The position numbers were made by a program, and so were the translations under genes. A DNA stretch of 64,000 nt from Vicugna vicugna (lineage: Eukaryota), in contig MU057809.1 of the NCBI GenBank assembly GCA_013265495.1, forward strand, positions 248,001 to 312,000, in the 5' to 3' direction. Under the pieces are notes generated by a model, which searched no databases, was not told the origin of the DNA, and worked only from the letters and a program-made list of their open reading frames with translations. Shown here piece by piece: positions 1-13,199 of this stretch; position 1 is the stretch's first letter; every line of letters starts with the position of its first letter.

Positions 1-1989
1 CGTGGGGGAAGGTCTGTGCTGTTTCACACATGCTGTGACCGCTGACAGCACAGCGACCCAATCCCAGCCCCCATGGGGGCCACGGGCACTTCGAACGGCA
101 GCCACAGAGCAGGACCTGTCCTCCAGGGTGGGGGCATGAGACCCCACGGCCCGAGCCTGGACTCACGTATCGCCCCAGCACGTATCCTGTGGCCCCAGGT
201 GACGTGCAGGACCCAGTGTGGGTCTGGCTCTGGGGAGAAGCCTGGGCCCAGCAAGGGGAGGGGGGCAAACAGCAGAAGGATGTCAGGAGAGCAGGTGACC
301 GGAGGGAGGGAGGGAGGGAGGGAGGCCACCGGGCTGCGCAGTCAGCACCCTGGGCATCCCCTCAGGCTATTCTGAGGGGCCTGAGAGCCGTCTCCACCTC
401 TGGATCCCTCCCCGAGGCTGCTTATCAACCACTTGCCTTGGCTCCGAAGCCAGCCTTCACCGCCCGCCTCCCTCCCCCCGGGAAGACAGAGACAGCCTCC
501 AAAACCGACCCCTCCCCAGACGCAGCGGTCAGGCAGAAGATGCTGGACAAGGCGAGGGGGCAGGGCCTGCCCTCCTGGTTCAGGAGAGTGCCCTCCCCCG
601 AGGGTCTGCAGCGAGTCTATGTCCACGGCCCCCCGACTTCTCTGCCACCCAGTGAGCAGGGCTTGGGCCAGGGTGGCAGCTGCCCCTCGCATCTCCCACT
701 CTGCAGCGTCCTGAGTCTCCTCTCACTCCCGGCACATGCTACAGATGGTCACTCTTCATAACCAAGAACAGCTCCCCCGATCGAGCTGCGTGCTCCCACC
801 CCGACCCACGGACTGCCCAGAAGATGGCTCGACCTCACTCCCCTGGAGTCTTGGGTCCCTCCTGGGCGGGCAGAGGGCTTGCAGGGCGCACCCACTTCGG
901 GCCCGGGGCTCCACCGGCCGGGCTCCCGTCGCTGCTGCGCTGGTGATGTGGACAGGCTGGGCATCGGCCCAAAGCAGTGCCTCCTACCTGAGCCCAGGGC
1001 TCCGGTCAGGGTCAGCTCAACCCTCGCGTGGTCAGCTGAGCCCCAGCAGCAGCTCGTGTCTGGGACAGACAAAACCCAGGGCTGTCAGACTGGCTTCGGG
1101 TGTGCCACCTGGGCCCACGGCGGGGCAAGGGGCACCGGGCTGGGGGCCTGGGCAGAGAGGAGGCTCCCAGACACACCAGGACCACGTGAAGATCACTCAA
1201 GGACAGGGGCTCCAGCCTCTCCCGGAAACGCCTCCCCAGGAGGCAGGGACCCCCCCCTCCGAGGTGGAAGATGTGTGATTGCAGGCATCCCGAGGTCAGG
1301 GATAAAGGATACTGGACGTCCCAGACAGGGTAAAAGTCGGGTACGGTCACTCCCTGGGAGGGAGGACTGCGCCTGCCACCTGCTCACAGGTTCCGGTCTG
1401 GCAGGGAGCCCCCTCTGAGCCCGAGCTGGTCCTCCGCCCCCTCCCCGGGACACCATCTTCAGGGCAGCCTCACACGCAGGGCAACTCCTGTTTTCAGAGC
1501 CTTCTCCCAAGAGGCCAGGTGGGGCCTGCAGGTGCCCAGAGCAGCACCCTACGCCCGCCCTCTTGTGGCTGCGGCCTATAGGTGTCTTGGTGGCGGGAAG
1601 CTGACCTCAGCTGCAGGCAGAGGTGCCTGTAAGGGACTGGTGTAAATTCGGGGCCTCAGGCCATGAAGGGTGGGCCCTGCTGGCCATCCCTCCCACCCTC
1701 TGAGAGAACAGCCTAGCCCAGGATCAGGGGAGAATGCCGGACGGCCCAGCCTCAGGCGCCTGGGCGGCTCCCATCTCGCCAGTGCTCAGGCCACACACCC
1801 TACTGGGCTCCCTCTGGCCCCCGGCCGAAAGTCAGGCTGCCCAGGAAGACACACTCCACGCCCCGAAGCCACACGGAGACTGTCCCGGCCTGCTGCTCCC
1901 CACCTACCCGTCCCTGAGCTGAAGGCCATGGCCACCCTGACCCGCCCCACACCTGTGTCCAGAGGCCTGTGGACTGTGTGCGCGCGTGT

Positions 1990-2480
1990 GTGGAGCACAA
2001 TACACACAGCGTGGCGGTCACACCCTAACCACCTGCGTGCTCAGCTCAGGGCCACCAAGCACATTCACACCGTCGTGCAGCCATCACCCCGTCCATCTCC
2101 AGAACCTTCCACCTTCCCAAGTTGAGACTTATCCCCATCACTCACTCACTCCCCCTCCCCCAGCCCCGGGCCCCCACCCTCTGCTTTGTCTCTGTGACTC
2201 CGACTCCTCTGGGGCCCTCACAGAAGTGAGGTCACCCAGTGTCTGTCCTGCTGTGTCTGGCTTATGTCATTGAGCACCGTGTCCTCAAGGTCCCTCCACG
2301 CTGCAGCAGGCGTCAGGGGCTCCTTGCTTTTTACGGCTGAACGATATTGCAGTGTGGGTGGGCCCCACCGTGTTCATGTATCTCCGCTGACGGACGCCTG
2401 GGCTGCTTCAGCCCGTCGGCTGCGGCGGGCGGTGCTGCCGGGAAGGTGCCACGTGTGGGGGTCCCCGTCCCCTAAGCTTT
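1990..2480 (-). mobile_element. Old LINE-1 3' end (L1MB-like), heavily GC-shifted
   Basis: Colinear with the recalled reverse L1MB 3' consensus: 'gtgcagccatcacc...tccagaacc', 'tgtctggcttatgtcattgagcacc...tcaaggtccctccacgctgcagca', 'tttttacggctgaacgatattgcagtgtg'. Boundaries and subfamily approximate. Confidence 0.65.
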
Positions 2481-3995
2481 TCCCTGATCTGCCCCCTCCT
2501 GTCTGTCAAGCCTGCACCTCGGTTCAGGTCCTCGTGGTCTCTCCCCTGCACCTCCCAGCACGCTCCCTCCAGCGCCAGTTCCTTGAATCCGCCTGCTGCC
2601 CGGGCTGCAGGGCCCCGGCCCCTCCAGGTGCCCTGGGCCACTGGCCGTGACTCTCGGCACTTGGCAGTGCAGCTGGATCTGGCAAGTTCATATTCCTAAG
2701 CGGGGTGTGGGGCTGGGAAGGCAGTGTGTCTTCTGTGAGCTTCACTTGAAATGAAAAATCAGGCATGATGACCATCAGGTGACCAGCCGGCGTGGGGGCG
2801 ATGGGGAGGCCATCCCCGGCCTCTGGCTGCTGCCCCTACGGGAGCACAGAAGATGGGGCCCCCGCGACCTCCCATCCACAGGCACTCACCGGGCGCAGCG
2901 GGCTGATGTGCCTGGCCAGTTTTAACGTGCGTGGCTGCAGCCCCAGCAGAACCACGAACAACCACACACCCTCCCCAAGCTACATGGGACACCTGGGAGC
3001 CAGGAGACGTCAGGGTCGAGCAGGCCCGAAGCTCAGTCCCTGCCCAGGACAGAGGACAAGGGACATCCTCTGTTGGGCGGCAGGGGCAGAGCAGACCGGA
3101 CCTGGCTCTGTGGGTTGGGACCCACCCATGAGGAAGGATCTCAGGTGGAGACTGGCTGGGCTTCATGGGGGCCCGGGCAGGAGGAGGTGGGAGCCCTGGA
3201 CTCAGATGGGACTGGAGTGGAGGCCACAGAGTGACCGGCCAAGAGAGACCCTTTCTCCAGGGCCCATGTGTCACTGGAGGGCACTCCGGCCCTGCCCATG
3301 GGTCTTGCGTGCTCTGAGGACCCCAGAGGAGCAAAGGACCTGGTAACACACTGTGCCAGGCCCTGGCTGCGGCTGGCAGGGACGCAGGCACTGGTCTGTC
3401 CACCAGGTGAGCCCTGCCTACGCCCAGCTGTCCCTGGAGGGGTCACCAGGCTTGGCAGAGACACGAGGTAGAGTCTAGGGCTTGCCCACAGCCTCCCCTG
3501 CTTCCAAGGGAGAGGAAGTGGGAGGAGGGGGAGGAGGGGGGAGGGGCGGAACCCCGGGCTGCCTGTGTGGCTGAATCATCAGGCCCTCAGCCAGTTCCAG
3601 GAATCTGGACGATTCCGCTTCATACGGCAGCTCCTAACTCCTTCCAAGAAGACCGGGCCCTGCCCCGCCTGTCGGCAGGTTCACATGTGCGCACACACAT
3701 CCTCAACCCCGTCTGCTCTCCCAGAATCCCCCGCAGGGCCCCGCGGCAACCCTGTTCCTGAACCCGGCTCCAAACCTCAAACCCCAGTCCTTGGCTGGGC
3801 TCCGAGGATTCTGTGAAAAGAACACAAGTTCCTGGAAGGAGATGTGGGGTGTGCGCGACGTGTGACAACAGCGTGACGACAGTGATGCTGGTGCTGATGT
3901 GGGTGGTGCAGGTGGTGGTGATGATGCCACCGGGTCCCCTGGGCCCACAGCCTGCATCCTCCCGGGACACCAGATGCTCCCGGGGCCGGTCTTAC

Positions 3996-4171
3996 CCACA
4001 CAGGTAGTCCAGGGCCAGCTGGGCCCCGGAGCGCCTGGCCAGTGAGCTCTGCGCCGTGGCAACGCCCGCCTCCCGCAGCCGCTTCCGCTCCTCCTTCTTC
4101 CGTTCCTTCTTCAGCTTCCTCTCCAGGACCCTCCGCTCCTCTGGGGACAGGGTCCCGAGCACTGCTGCTCC
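3996..4171 (-). CDS. C7orf50: Internal coding exon (176 bp, phase 0 to phase 2) of cholesin / C7orf50
   Basis: Minus strand reads cctttgcctttcag|GGA...TGTGG|gtaag and translates [58 protein letters not shown]. This matches recalled human C7orf50 [29 protein letters not shown]...ARRSGAELALDYLC. Both splice sites are canonical. The exon has no start codon, so the ORF track misses this frame. I did not find the other exons in the window. Confidence 0.93.
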
Positions 4172-7100
4172 CTGAAAGGCAAAGGGAACCGGCGGTCAGG
4201 GTCCCTGGACCCCGCTGCCCGGAGCTCAGACGCTCTCCGGGCGGTGCGTCCCGGCGCAGAGCTCCACACACTCTGCTGGGAAGGAGGAAGGGGCTCCTCA
4301 AACCCCTGCATCCGCGGGGACCCAGTGCCTGGGGGAAGCCCTGTGGGATGGCCGGCATGTGTCCCGGGCACCCCCACTGGCTCCTGCTGCAAACCCTGCA
4401 CGTGCAGGGGGGCCATACCCACTGGGCCCCTCGGCTCTGGGGGAAGCAGGAGGTGCCTGTGCGGAGCTGTCTCTCCTTGGGCTGAGCCCTGGGGGCGGGG
4501 TGGGGGGACTGGGGTCTGTGACGCAATCTTCCTGCCACCTCTGCCTGGAAAGCACGCCCCTCCCCCACCCTGACCAACAAACCAAACAAGAGCGGAGTCC
4601 AAGGACTCCAGCAGCTATCCACACACCCTGAGCCTCGGGGACACCGAGAGTTCACTGCGATTCAGGCTGGCCATGGCCCCAGCGCTTCCAGGGAGGGCTC
4701 AGGCCGCTGCCCCACCACACGCCAGCATTCAGAGCCCCCGCCCCAGTGAGCAAGGCAAGGGGCCCTTCCCACACACACCAGTAGGCCCTGCACAAATGCC
4801 AACCGCCGACAACCTGTGTTCCCCCTCAATGCCTGCTCCTTCTGGAATCGTCTACAACAATAGATCAGCTCTCCCCAGCCCCTCCCTCTCCCTCCTTAGA
4901 ACCAGCTGGATGCACCCACGGTGGCGCTTCGGAGCCGCACTGGGTAACTCAGACCACCCACACAGGAGATGCTTCCAGACGGGGCCCCAGGCTCTCCTGG
5001 GGGGGGGCCGGGGACCCGCTGAGCACATGCCTCGCATGCACACGTGCACTGCACCGCAGCCGGGCCAGCGAGCTGGGGGACAGCCGGGCGCCCGAAGGAC
5101 AGGGCAGCAGCAGCTCTGACCACAGGGGTGGTCGGGGGTGGGTGTGCTCTCACCTACACTCACGCCTAGAACACCCCCGCCAGCCGCAGGCTCCCATGGA
5201 CGGGGGTGAGTTTTAATGTTCTTTTTACTGGGGGACACTGGTTTACGTCACGCGAGTTTTCACGCTTGTGTGCCCTCCAGAGTGCCCGCCACCAAAGCTG
5301 CGGTCTCCTCTGTCACCGTGGGGTCCACCCTCTGGCCCAGCACGCCCCCAGCCCGCACCCTCCCAGTCTCCATGTTTGCCTCCTTGTACATGGTGTAGAT
5401 TCCACGTGAGTGAACTGACACTAGTCTTACTTCACTCGCACAGTGACCTCTGGGTCCATCCAACCTTAAGTGGGATCTGCTGGGGTCTAGGAGACACACC
5501 CGCTGGCTCCCAGAAAAGCAGGCAACCCCCCAGCCCTGCAGGCCAGGCCCTGCCCTCTGAGCCACATCGGGGGCATCACACAGGCCACCAGGCCGAGTCC
5601 CAGTGAAGGGTCAGGGCTGCGGCAGTGGTGGGTGGGCCTGGGGGGTCTGTCAACGCTGATCCTGGAGGGAGGCCTGTAGGTTGGGCAGGTCTGGGAAGGG
5701 ACAGGGAGGGTGGAAAGCATCTGCCCGTGTGGTGGCCACACCCTCCACAGCTCCAGGTGTCGCTGGGCATGGCAGTGCCCTCAAACCCAGGGCCTGGCCC
5801 CTGCCATCCCCCTACTCTGACCCTACAGGGTGCTGGCTGCTGCCCCAAGGCCAGAGGACCCTGGTCACTAGACAGGGGAGCCCTGTCCCACTCCTGAGGG
5901 CTCCTGGGGTGCTCTGTGGGCCCAGCGAAAGCCCGTGAGGTACAGCAGTCACCAAGGACGGACACAGGAAGGAGGCACGGCCCGGGCTGCAGGGCTGGCA
6001 GCGGGAACTTGAACTAGCGTGGGCCCGGGTGGAGGAGGACGTGGGCCAGGCGGGTCCCTCGGGGAGGATCCCCAAGGGCCCAGCCACTTCTCTTGCGGCT
6101 TCCAGAATGCCCAGCATTAAGGGCCTAAGTCTCGGGTTAGGCACAGAATCTGAAAACTACAGAAAAGTCTTCTTTAAATCATTCCCAGTTTGGTCAGTGG
6201 CCTCTGAACTGGTGGAAACAGCCAGCGGGCACGAGCGCTGCTGGCGGCACAGCCTGTTCCTGCAGGGGACACCGCCTCTGGGGGCCGACGCCAACACTCA
6301 GGGATTAACACTAGGGTCTTGGTTCCCAGACTGTGGTTTTGGGGCCACCAGGAGATCCCAGGAGGCTGCCAACACTCCGGCTGCTGGGCTGCAGGGCCCC
6401 CAGCCCCACCCCAATCCAGCCACTCCTCCCCTTCCCTCCAGGGATCGGAGTCTCTAAGAAAGGGGGCTGACCCCGGAGGGCGGGGAGGGGCCCGTGTAGA
6501 CCCAGGAAGGACTCACGAGGTCTGTCTGGTCATCGTGGTGCCAGTTTCCCTTCTCTGGGGCCCCCGGCAGCTCAACCACGGTGTCAGGCCTTCAGGGTGA
6601 GGTTTTCCCCTGCTCCGTGTGCATCTAGGGGTGGGTAGTCCTGAGGGCCCTCTGTCCCAGTCTGTGGTGGGGCAGGCAGCCCAGGAGTCCTCATCCTGCA
6701 GCAGGGGGCTGGAGATGGGGGGTGACATGGGAGCAGCTGAGGGTCAGCCCTGAGGGCGTCGTGAGGACCACCCACCCAGACTGAACTGGACACAGACGTG
6801 GGGCCACTTGGCACAACAGAGTGTGCTGGGGCGGGGGACCCCCCATCACCCTGCCTCCTGGGAAACTCAGGTCCTCCAGCTGGTGCGACCCATCCAGACA
6901 AAACCCCACCCAGCACTCCCGTCTGGTCCTGAGCCAGCCCGTCCACTTCGGGCTCTCTGTCAAACGAGGGACTTCTCGCACGTTTATTCTGGGGAGGGGT
7001 CTCAACCGCCCACCACCACCCTTGGACATACATAGGGCAGCGCTGGGATGAGAGGAGGCCCTGTCTGTGCACCGCCTCGTTCCTCACACCTCCCACTGGG

Positions 7101-9829
7101 TCAGCTGCCCCGGCCGAGACGCCCCAGAGCTCCGAGCGCCCCAGACCCCAGGCGTCCAGCCATCACCCAGCCTGAGCTCGGGCCCCGGGAGTGTCAACAG
7201 CGGCTCTCTTGTGTCCCAGAGAAAGGGTCCATTGTCTTCCCGGAGCTCCCAGAGCCAAGATAAAGTGCACCCCCCCAACCCGGCACAGAGAGCTGGAGGG
7301 GAAGGGAGCCACCAGCGCCCCGCGATGCCCCATGCCGGTCCAGTGGGCAGAGGGGCAGCGGCCCCGGGGGTTTCTGGAGTGACTTGGCAGATGACCAGCC
7401 CCGCTACCAGCTGCAGAGGAGAGGGTGCTGGGACAGTCCACAGGGTCCCCCGATTTCCTGACAGGAAAGGCTGGGGGGCACGAGGAAGGGGGACCCCCTT
7501 GACCTCCAGGACTGCCCCCACTCCTGCCAGGGGCTCTGCAGGCTGGCCAGAGGCACAGGTGCGAGGAGATGGGGCTGGGGGCTGGCTGGGGCTGGCTCTG
7601 CAACACGGAGCAGCACAGCCTGTCTGCAGCGCAGGGACCCCTGCCTCTCCTGGGACGCTGGGCGCTGACAGCACTCAGCACCGAGATGGCGGGCCGTGCG
7701 TGCTGGAGTCCAGCCTGCCTCCTTGCAGGGGACACATCACCCAGATGGGGCCTGTGATGGACACTGTCTCTACCTGGTGACAGGTGGGAAGGCGAAGGAA
7801 GTGGCGGGAAGGCCTCAGGTGGCCCAGCAGGCCAGTGACAGAAGCTGGACACCCCCAGTCCCACCCCTCCTCCTTCCTCCCCACAGCCCCACCGCAGCTA
7901 GCAGTCCTGGCTTCTGCCAGGTGAGTGGCTGGTGGTCCGGAGGTGCCCAGCCTCAGCCACCACTTCTCTTCACTGAAGCCAGGCTGAAAGGGCCCTGAGC
8001 CAGGGCTCTGGTGCTCCGTCCACCCCAGAAGGCGAGCTCACCAGAGTGAATCCATACACGGCAGAACCACGGCGCCACCTCCACGGGGCCCCGTCCACGC
8101 TGCCCTCTGAGCGGCGTCCTGGCCCAGCACAGACAAGCCCCCACGCTCTCACCAAGGCCGCCGGCTGTGCGTGGAAGGTGCTCCGCCCCACCTCCCACCC
8201 CAGCTGGAGCCCCGACTGTTCAGATGGGTCTTGCTGAACCTCTTGAGTGCAGGGTGGGCCTTGTGCTCTCAGCCTGTCCCACCCTCCTGGGGGGTTCTCC
8301 CCTTCCCTGCAGACATGGCCCGGACTCCCCTAGAAACAGGCAGAACCGCCATGAAACAGGTGCGCTTCTGAGCCACTCCCGGGTAGCTCGCCGTGCTCCA
8401 CACATTCCCCCTTCACCTCTGATGACAGGGCCCCCCCTCCAAGAAGGCGGGCCTTGCTCTGCTGGGTGGAGCTGGGGGCACAGGCTGGGAGGAAGGGCTG
8501 ACCAGGAATGCATCACCGACAGAGTCCCCAGAAGCCTTTGGTTTGAGATGACAGAGCGAAACTTCACCAAAAATGGTTTAAACAGCATCAGACTCGGCAC
8601 GTGGGGTCCAGCTTACCTCCTGCCACTGAGCAAGTGCCTGCAGGCAGTGGTCGCGGAGGCGTGTGGAGTGTGACCTGGTGGGGCTGCAGCTTGCTGGCTG
8701 CTGTCAGGTGGGGACCGGGACGGTCTTGCAGCAGTCGGCCAGCATCCCACCCACCACCTCCCTAACCCGCTCCATCTGTCCAGACAAATCCACCAGCCAA
8801 CAACCCTACAGAACGAGCAGATCAGGACTGGGAGGAAGCAGGGGCACTGCCACCCCCAGGCCATGTCTGGGACACAGCTGCTCACCTCACTGCGTACAGG
8901 TCAGATGGTGTCCCAAAGGGCACAGTGCCCTCCAGAGCTGGTCAGAGCCCAGGGTGCCTCCAGGTGCCACCCCTCCCCGTTGTGCCCTCGAGGACCCCTA
9001 GCAGAGCGGTCCTTAACCATGGGTCTGTCTGCAGGCATGGTCTTCTGGGCTGGCTGCTCCTTCGGAGTCACTGGTGCTGGCTCACTCCCTGGGTCTGGGT
9101 GCCCGGCTGCCAACCAAAGCTCGGGCGCAGACAGGGCTCCGGAGACCGGGGTCCAGCGTGGAGAAGCAGAAGTGTGTGTCCCTACAAGGAAGCTGGCCCC
9201 AGAACACGAAGCCCCCTCTTCCTTTTGGTTCCGAACCCGGGTGTTGGCAGCATGAAGTCCTGTGCTCGAAGGCAGCTCCTGCAGAGATGCTGCTCCAGTG
9301 TGAAAACTCAACCCTGACTGGACCCACTACCACAATTACTAAAATTCAAAAGGGGACCTAGTAGCAGCAAACCACTTTCTCCTTTAATAAAAAAATGAAG
9401 AACAAAAAAGGGAGTGTTTCCCACAGTATTTTAATGAAACTTTTTATCCTGAAACAACCAGATGCAACTTGGGAGGCAACACAGAGCACCTACCCCAACC
9501 TCCCAGCAGAACCAGACCCTAAACACTCAGGTTTGTTAGACTTAACTAGGCACGCAAGTCCAAACTGTCAAGTTCTTTTAAGGCCGATTCCCCCAACACC
9601 TGAGTTATGCTGAGTTACTTCTGCTAATTCAGGATCATGGAGGAGTAATGTTTCCCCTCTCCATTTGGTTTACAATACCCTGGTTAAAACTAGAACAATT
9701 CTAAACAGTTTCAGAAAGTGTGCACGCTGACAAAGCAGGAAGCTGCCCTGATCAACCACACTTGGGTCACGGGAGCCGGGAGCCGTGCGTGGGGCGGCGG
9801 GGTCCCTCTGGAGCCGTGGCGCTGGTGCT

Positions 9830-9918
9830 GGTGCTGAGGCAGACGCAGGCTCTGGCCTCGAGGGGCTCACGGCCAGAGACAGGTGAGCTCCTGGAGGACA
9901 GGGACAGCGGCAGCCCCG
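9830..9918 (-). ncRNA. MIR339: pre-miR-339 hairpin (5p about 9883-9904; 3p about 9847-9869)
   Basis: Reverse complement of 9883-9904 is UCCCUGUCCUCCAGGAGCUCAC, the known miR-339-5p. The partner arm UGAGCCCCUCGAGGCCAGAGCC base-pairs with it. Position in the C7orf50 intron upstream of GPR146 matches human synteny. Confidence 0.95.
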
Positions 9919-12900
9919 GGCGGAGCACGGCTCCTCCATCCGGACACTGCAGCAGGCCTGAGGTTTCCAAATGTGTGAACCCGGGGACAGACATGGGCGC
10001 AGATGAGACAGGTACCAGGATGTACGGGGAACCCTCGTGCTTCATTCATGCACCGTGGCAGATCTGGGCAACAGGGCGAGGTGTCCCCTGACGTGCCCGC
10101 CATGGCCCTGCCAGGCCTGCTCTGATCTTCTGCCAACATTCACAGCAGAAGGAAATGCTCGATTTTAGTTGAAGGCAGTGCAGGTAAGAGTTATTTTTTC
10201 TCATTCAGGTCCAAACTCCCAGAGTTTGGGAGATGGAATGCTCTCACAAGAACTCCAACCAGAGCCCTGCCCCCCAAGCCCCGGAAAGGCTGGGCTCTCC
10301 GGTGGGACGCACCCCGATGCGGCCTCTTCCCAGGAAGCAAGTTCCCTTCCAGCCGACAGTTCTCCTCACCCAAACCTACTGCCCTCATTCCGTCTGGGCC
10401 TTGGATGCTATGACGAAATCACTGGACCCTCTTCCCAGAAACACACACACAAATGCACAGGAATCAGACCTGGAATCCCGAGGTTACAGGGGAGGAGGTG
10501 AGGCTGTTGAGGGGTGGGGTCCCACTACCCCAACAGCACCAGGTGAAGGCGGCTGGGACAGTGGCCCTTACGAACAGCTCAGTGCTCTGGGCAGGATCTT
10601 CCACAGCAAACTTTTCACACGCCGTGGGCTCGGCTGACAGTGGAACCTGCCCGTATGAGCTGGAGACACGGGCCTCTGCCAGAGACCAGCCTCAGAACAA
10701 GGCTTTGCGCAGGCTGCACGCTTTGCAGGCTGGGGTACCAGCCCCTTCTGCAGCCAGAGCTGAATCTCAGGAAGACACCAGAGACTCAACTCTATCCTGC
10801 TTCTCTTCTGACCCAAGGACCAAGGGTTGAACTGAAAGCCTGTTACATGCCAACAGCGCTACAAAAGCTGGAGGACACGTGACTCCCGCATCTGGGTGCC
10901 GAAGCCGGGTGGGAGGTGACCAGCCCCACAAAACTCTTCTCAAGGCCCACCAAGCTTCACCCTGGGACGGCGTCGGGACTCCACGGCCTCCCCAAGGCTG
11001 TGGGTGACCGACTTCTCAAGTCCTCCGCACCTGGTGGTCCCAGCCAGCAAGGACAGCCTCTCTGCAAACCCCACACGTACAAGATGAGGGCCAGGGGCTG
11101 GACCCTTCGGCTGCGAACAGCAGGCCCTGGCATCACTGCCCTGGGACACAAACCCTCTTTACAAAGATCAGATGAGGTTTTGGAAACGGCTCTGAGACAC
11201 CACAGGTTGCTGTTCCACTCAGCACACGTTCTACTTCTCAGGCCGTCTGTCCACTCCCGCCCTTGGACGGACGGAACAGGCAAAGCTAGACTAGGTCTTC
11301 GGGGGGTGGAACTCCCCCAGGTTGCTGTCTGACAGGGAAGGGGGTGAAGGCAGAGGCCCCGGGGATTTGTGGCCAAAGGCAGAGCCAAACGGCAGGCACA
11401 GACCAGACGCAGACGCAGACGTGGCAGAAATGCAAATGCGCCCCTGCCCCATCTCCTCAGCCCGCGGGACCAGCCGGACACCAGCAGCCCATTGCACACC
11501 CCCCTCCCAGCAGGTGCATGGGTGGCCCAGCAGTCATTGAAGGCCCAGGGCGTGGATGCATGGAATCTGGTCCACCCAGCAGTCCCCAACCAGAGTGCCG
11601 TGTGGGATGGGACAGCTGTCCAGGGCCAGCCTGGACCTGGTGCGTCAGGGACCAGGTCCCTGCGAGCTGCAAGCGAGGCCCCGCCCCTAAGCTGGTGGAC
11701 GTGGAGCAGGACAGGGGCCGAGCTGACGCAGGCCCATGGGCGGAGAGCCGTGACCAGACGTGGAGATGGGATGTGGTGGGTTGGGGGCCCTGCAGGCTGC
11801 GGACCCGGCCCCCAAGCACACCAGATGTGTTCACGTGCTGCTGAGAAATGGGGGTCGTCCTCCTCAGACGTGCACAGCACACAGAGGCGGGGGGCAGGAG
11901 GACAGAGAAGACGCAGTCATTTCACCAGGAAAACTCCCACCAGGAGTGAAGCTGTTCAGAGTGCCACGCGATCTACTCGCATCAGGTCGGCTTTCCGTTT
12001 CTGGACAAGCGACAGGCAGAGTCTGGGGAGGCTGGCCGGGCCCCCTCACTGCCTCCTGGAGCCTCACAGCCCGGAGGCCTCCCGCCAGCCAGGCACAGAC
12101 ACGGCCCTGGCCCAGGACCGCACACACCTGCCAACTGCAGAGGGCACAGGTGAGGGTCTCCTGACTCCAAGGTCAGTCTTCCCAAGCCCAGGTACCAAGG
12201 GCTGCCCTGCCCTTCTCCCCACCCCTCGCCAGCCCTCACTGCCTCCCAGGGTCTTGGCTAAGCCTCCGGGTTGATTCCGCCTATATCCAAGGAGCAAAGA
12301 GACCCCAGTTGGGCCTCCTCCACAAGAGCTGCAATACTAACGCGTAGGACCACCCAGCGGGCCCCCTTTGGTTTTAGGCACGGGGAGGACTTATGACCCC
12401 CCACCCCATCTCTCTCACTGCTGAAGGCCGACCCAGCTCGGCCGGCTGCACTCAGCGCAGTCAACAGCCTCACGTGGGACGTCCCAGTTACCAGAAGGCA
12501 AAGGGTCACACACTCGGTCCGGCCTGTGTTCACAGCAGGCCACTGTGCTCCCCGGGCCCCGGCCATGCCCACCTCCCTCCTACTGAGAATCTGTTCTCAT
12601 CTGCGGGAACCTGTGGCTCGTGACGGGTTCAGGCTGTGTTTTGTTCTTAACCTGAACATGCCGTCCCGGCAGGAGGCAGACAGCACGGCGGAGCTGAGTG
12701 GAGTATTCAGTGTCCGAACTGTGAGTCTAGAAGCAGCACTAAATACACAGAGAGCACACTTCTCAACAGCTTCCCCACATTAGCCAACAGTTGTTCTAAT
12801 TTGGCAGTTCCGATCTCGCCCTTTATGAAAATCAGATCCTTACTGTTTGAAAACCACAAAGCCGTCCCTCCTGCTCCTTCGAGGTGGGCCTCCAGCTACG

Positions 12901-13199
12901 CCGCAGCTACCCCTGACGTGGCTCCCCCAAAGCGAAAAAAAGCGCCCCATTTGGCACAAGACTGTCAGTGACGTTTTCGCCCCGCGACAGCCTAGCAGCC
13001 CCTGGTCTGAACTCCTCCTCAGGAGAGGAAGCTGCACGACCGGGCCCGTCGTAACCGGGCCCCGCTGCCGCTCGGCCCAGCAGGCACGGCGTCCAAGGCT
13101 CCAGGGCCCGCCAGAAGTACGAGCTTTGGGGGAAAAACAAAACAAAACGTGTTACTGCCCCAAGACAAGGAAGGAAGCAGCGAAACCCAAAAGCTTCAC

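Noticed and set aside
3520-3546. Canonical G-quadruplex motif (four G-runs), with similar G-rich tracts elsewhere such as about 60770-60810
   Set aside because: Common by chance at this GC content; no positional evidence of function.
3880-3930. (GTG/GAT)-rich tract giving poly-His or poly-Val translations
   Set aside because: Intronic low-complexity sequence just past the CHLSN donor.
3777-4655. 292-aa minus-strand ORF across the CHLSN exon
   Set aside because: Wrong frame ([11 protein letters not shown]); the homologous reading is the splice-bounded frame at 3996-4171.
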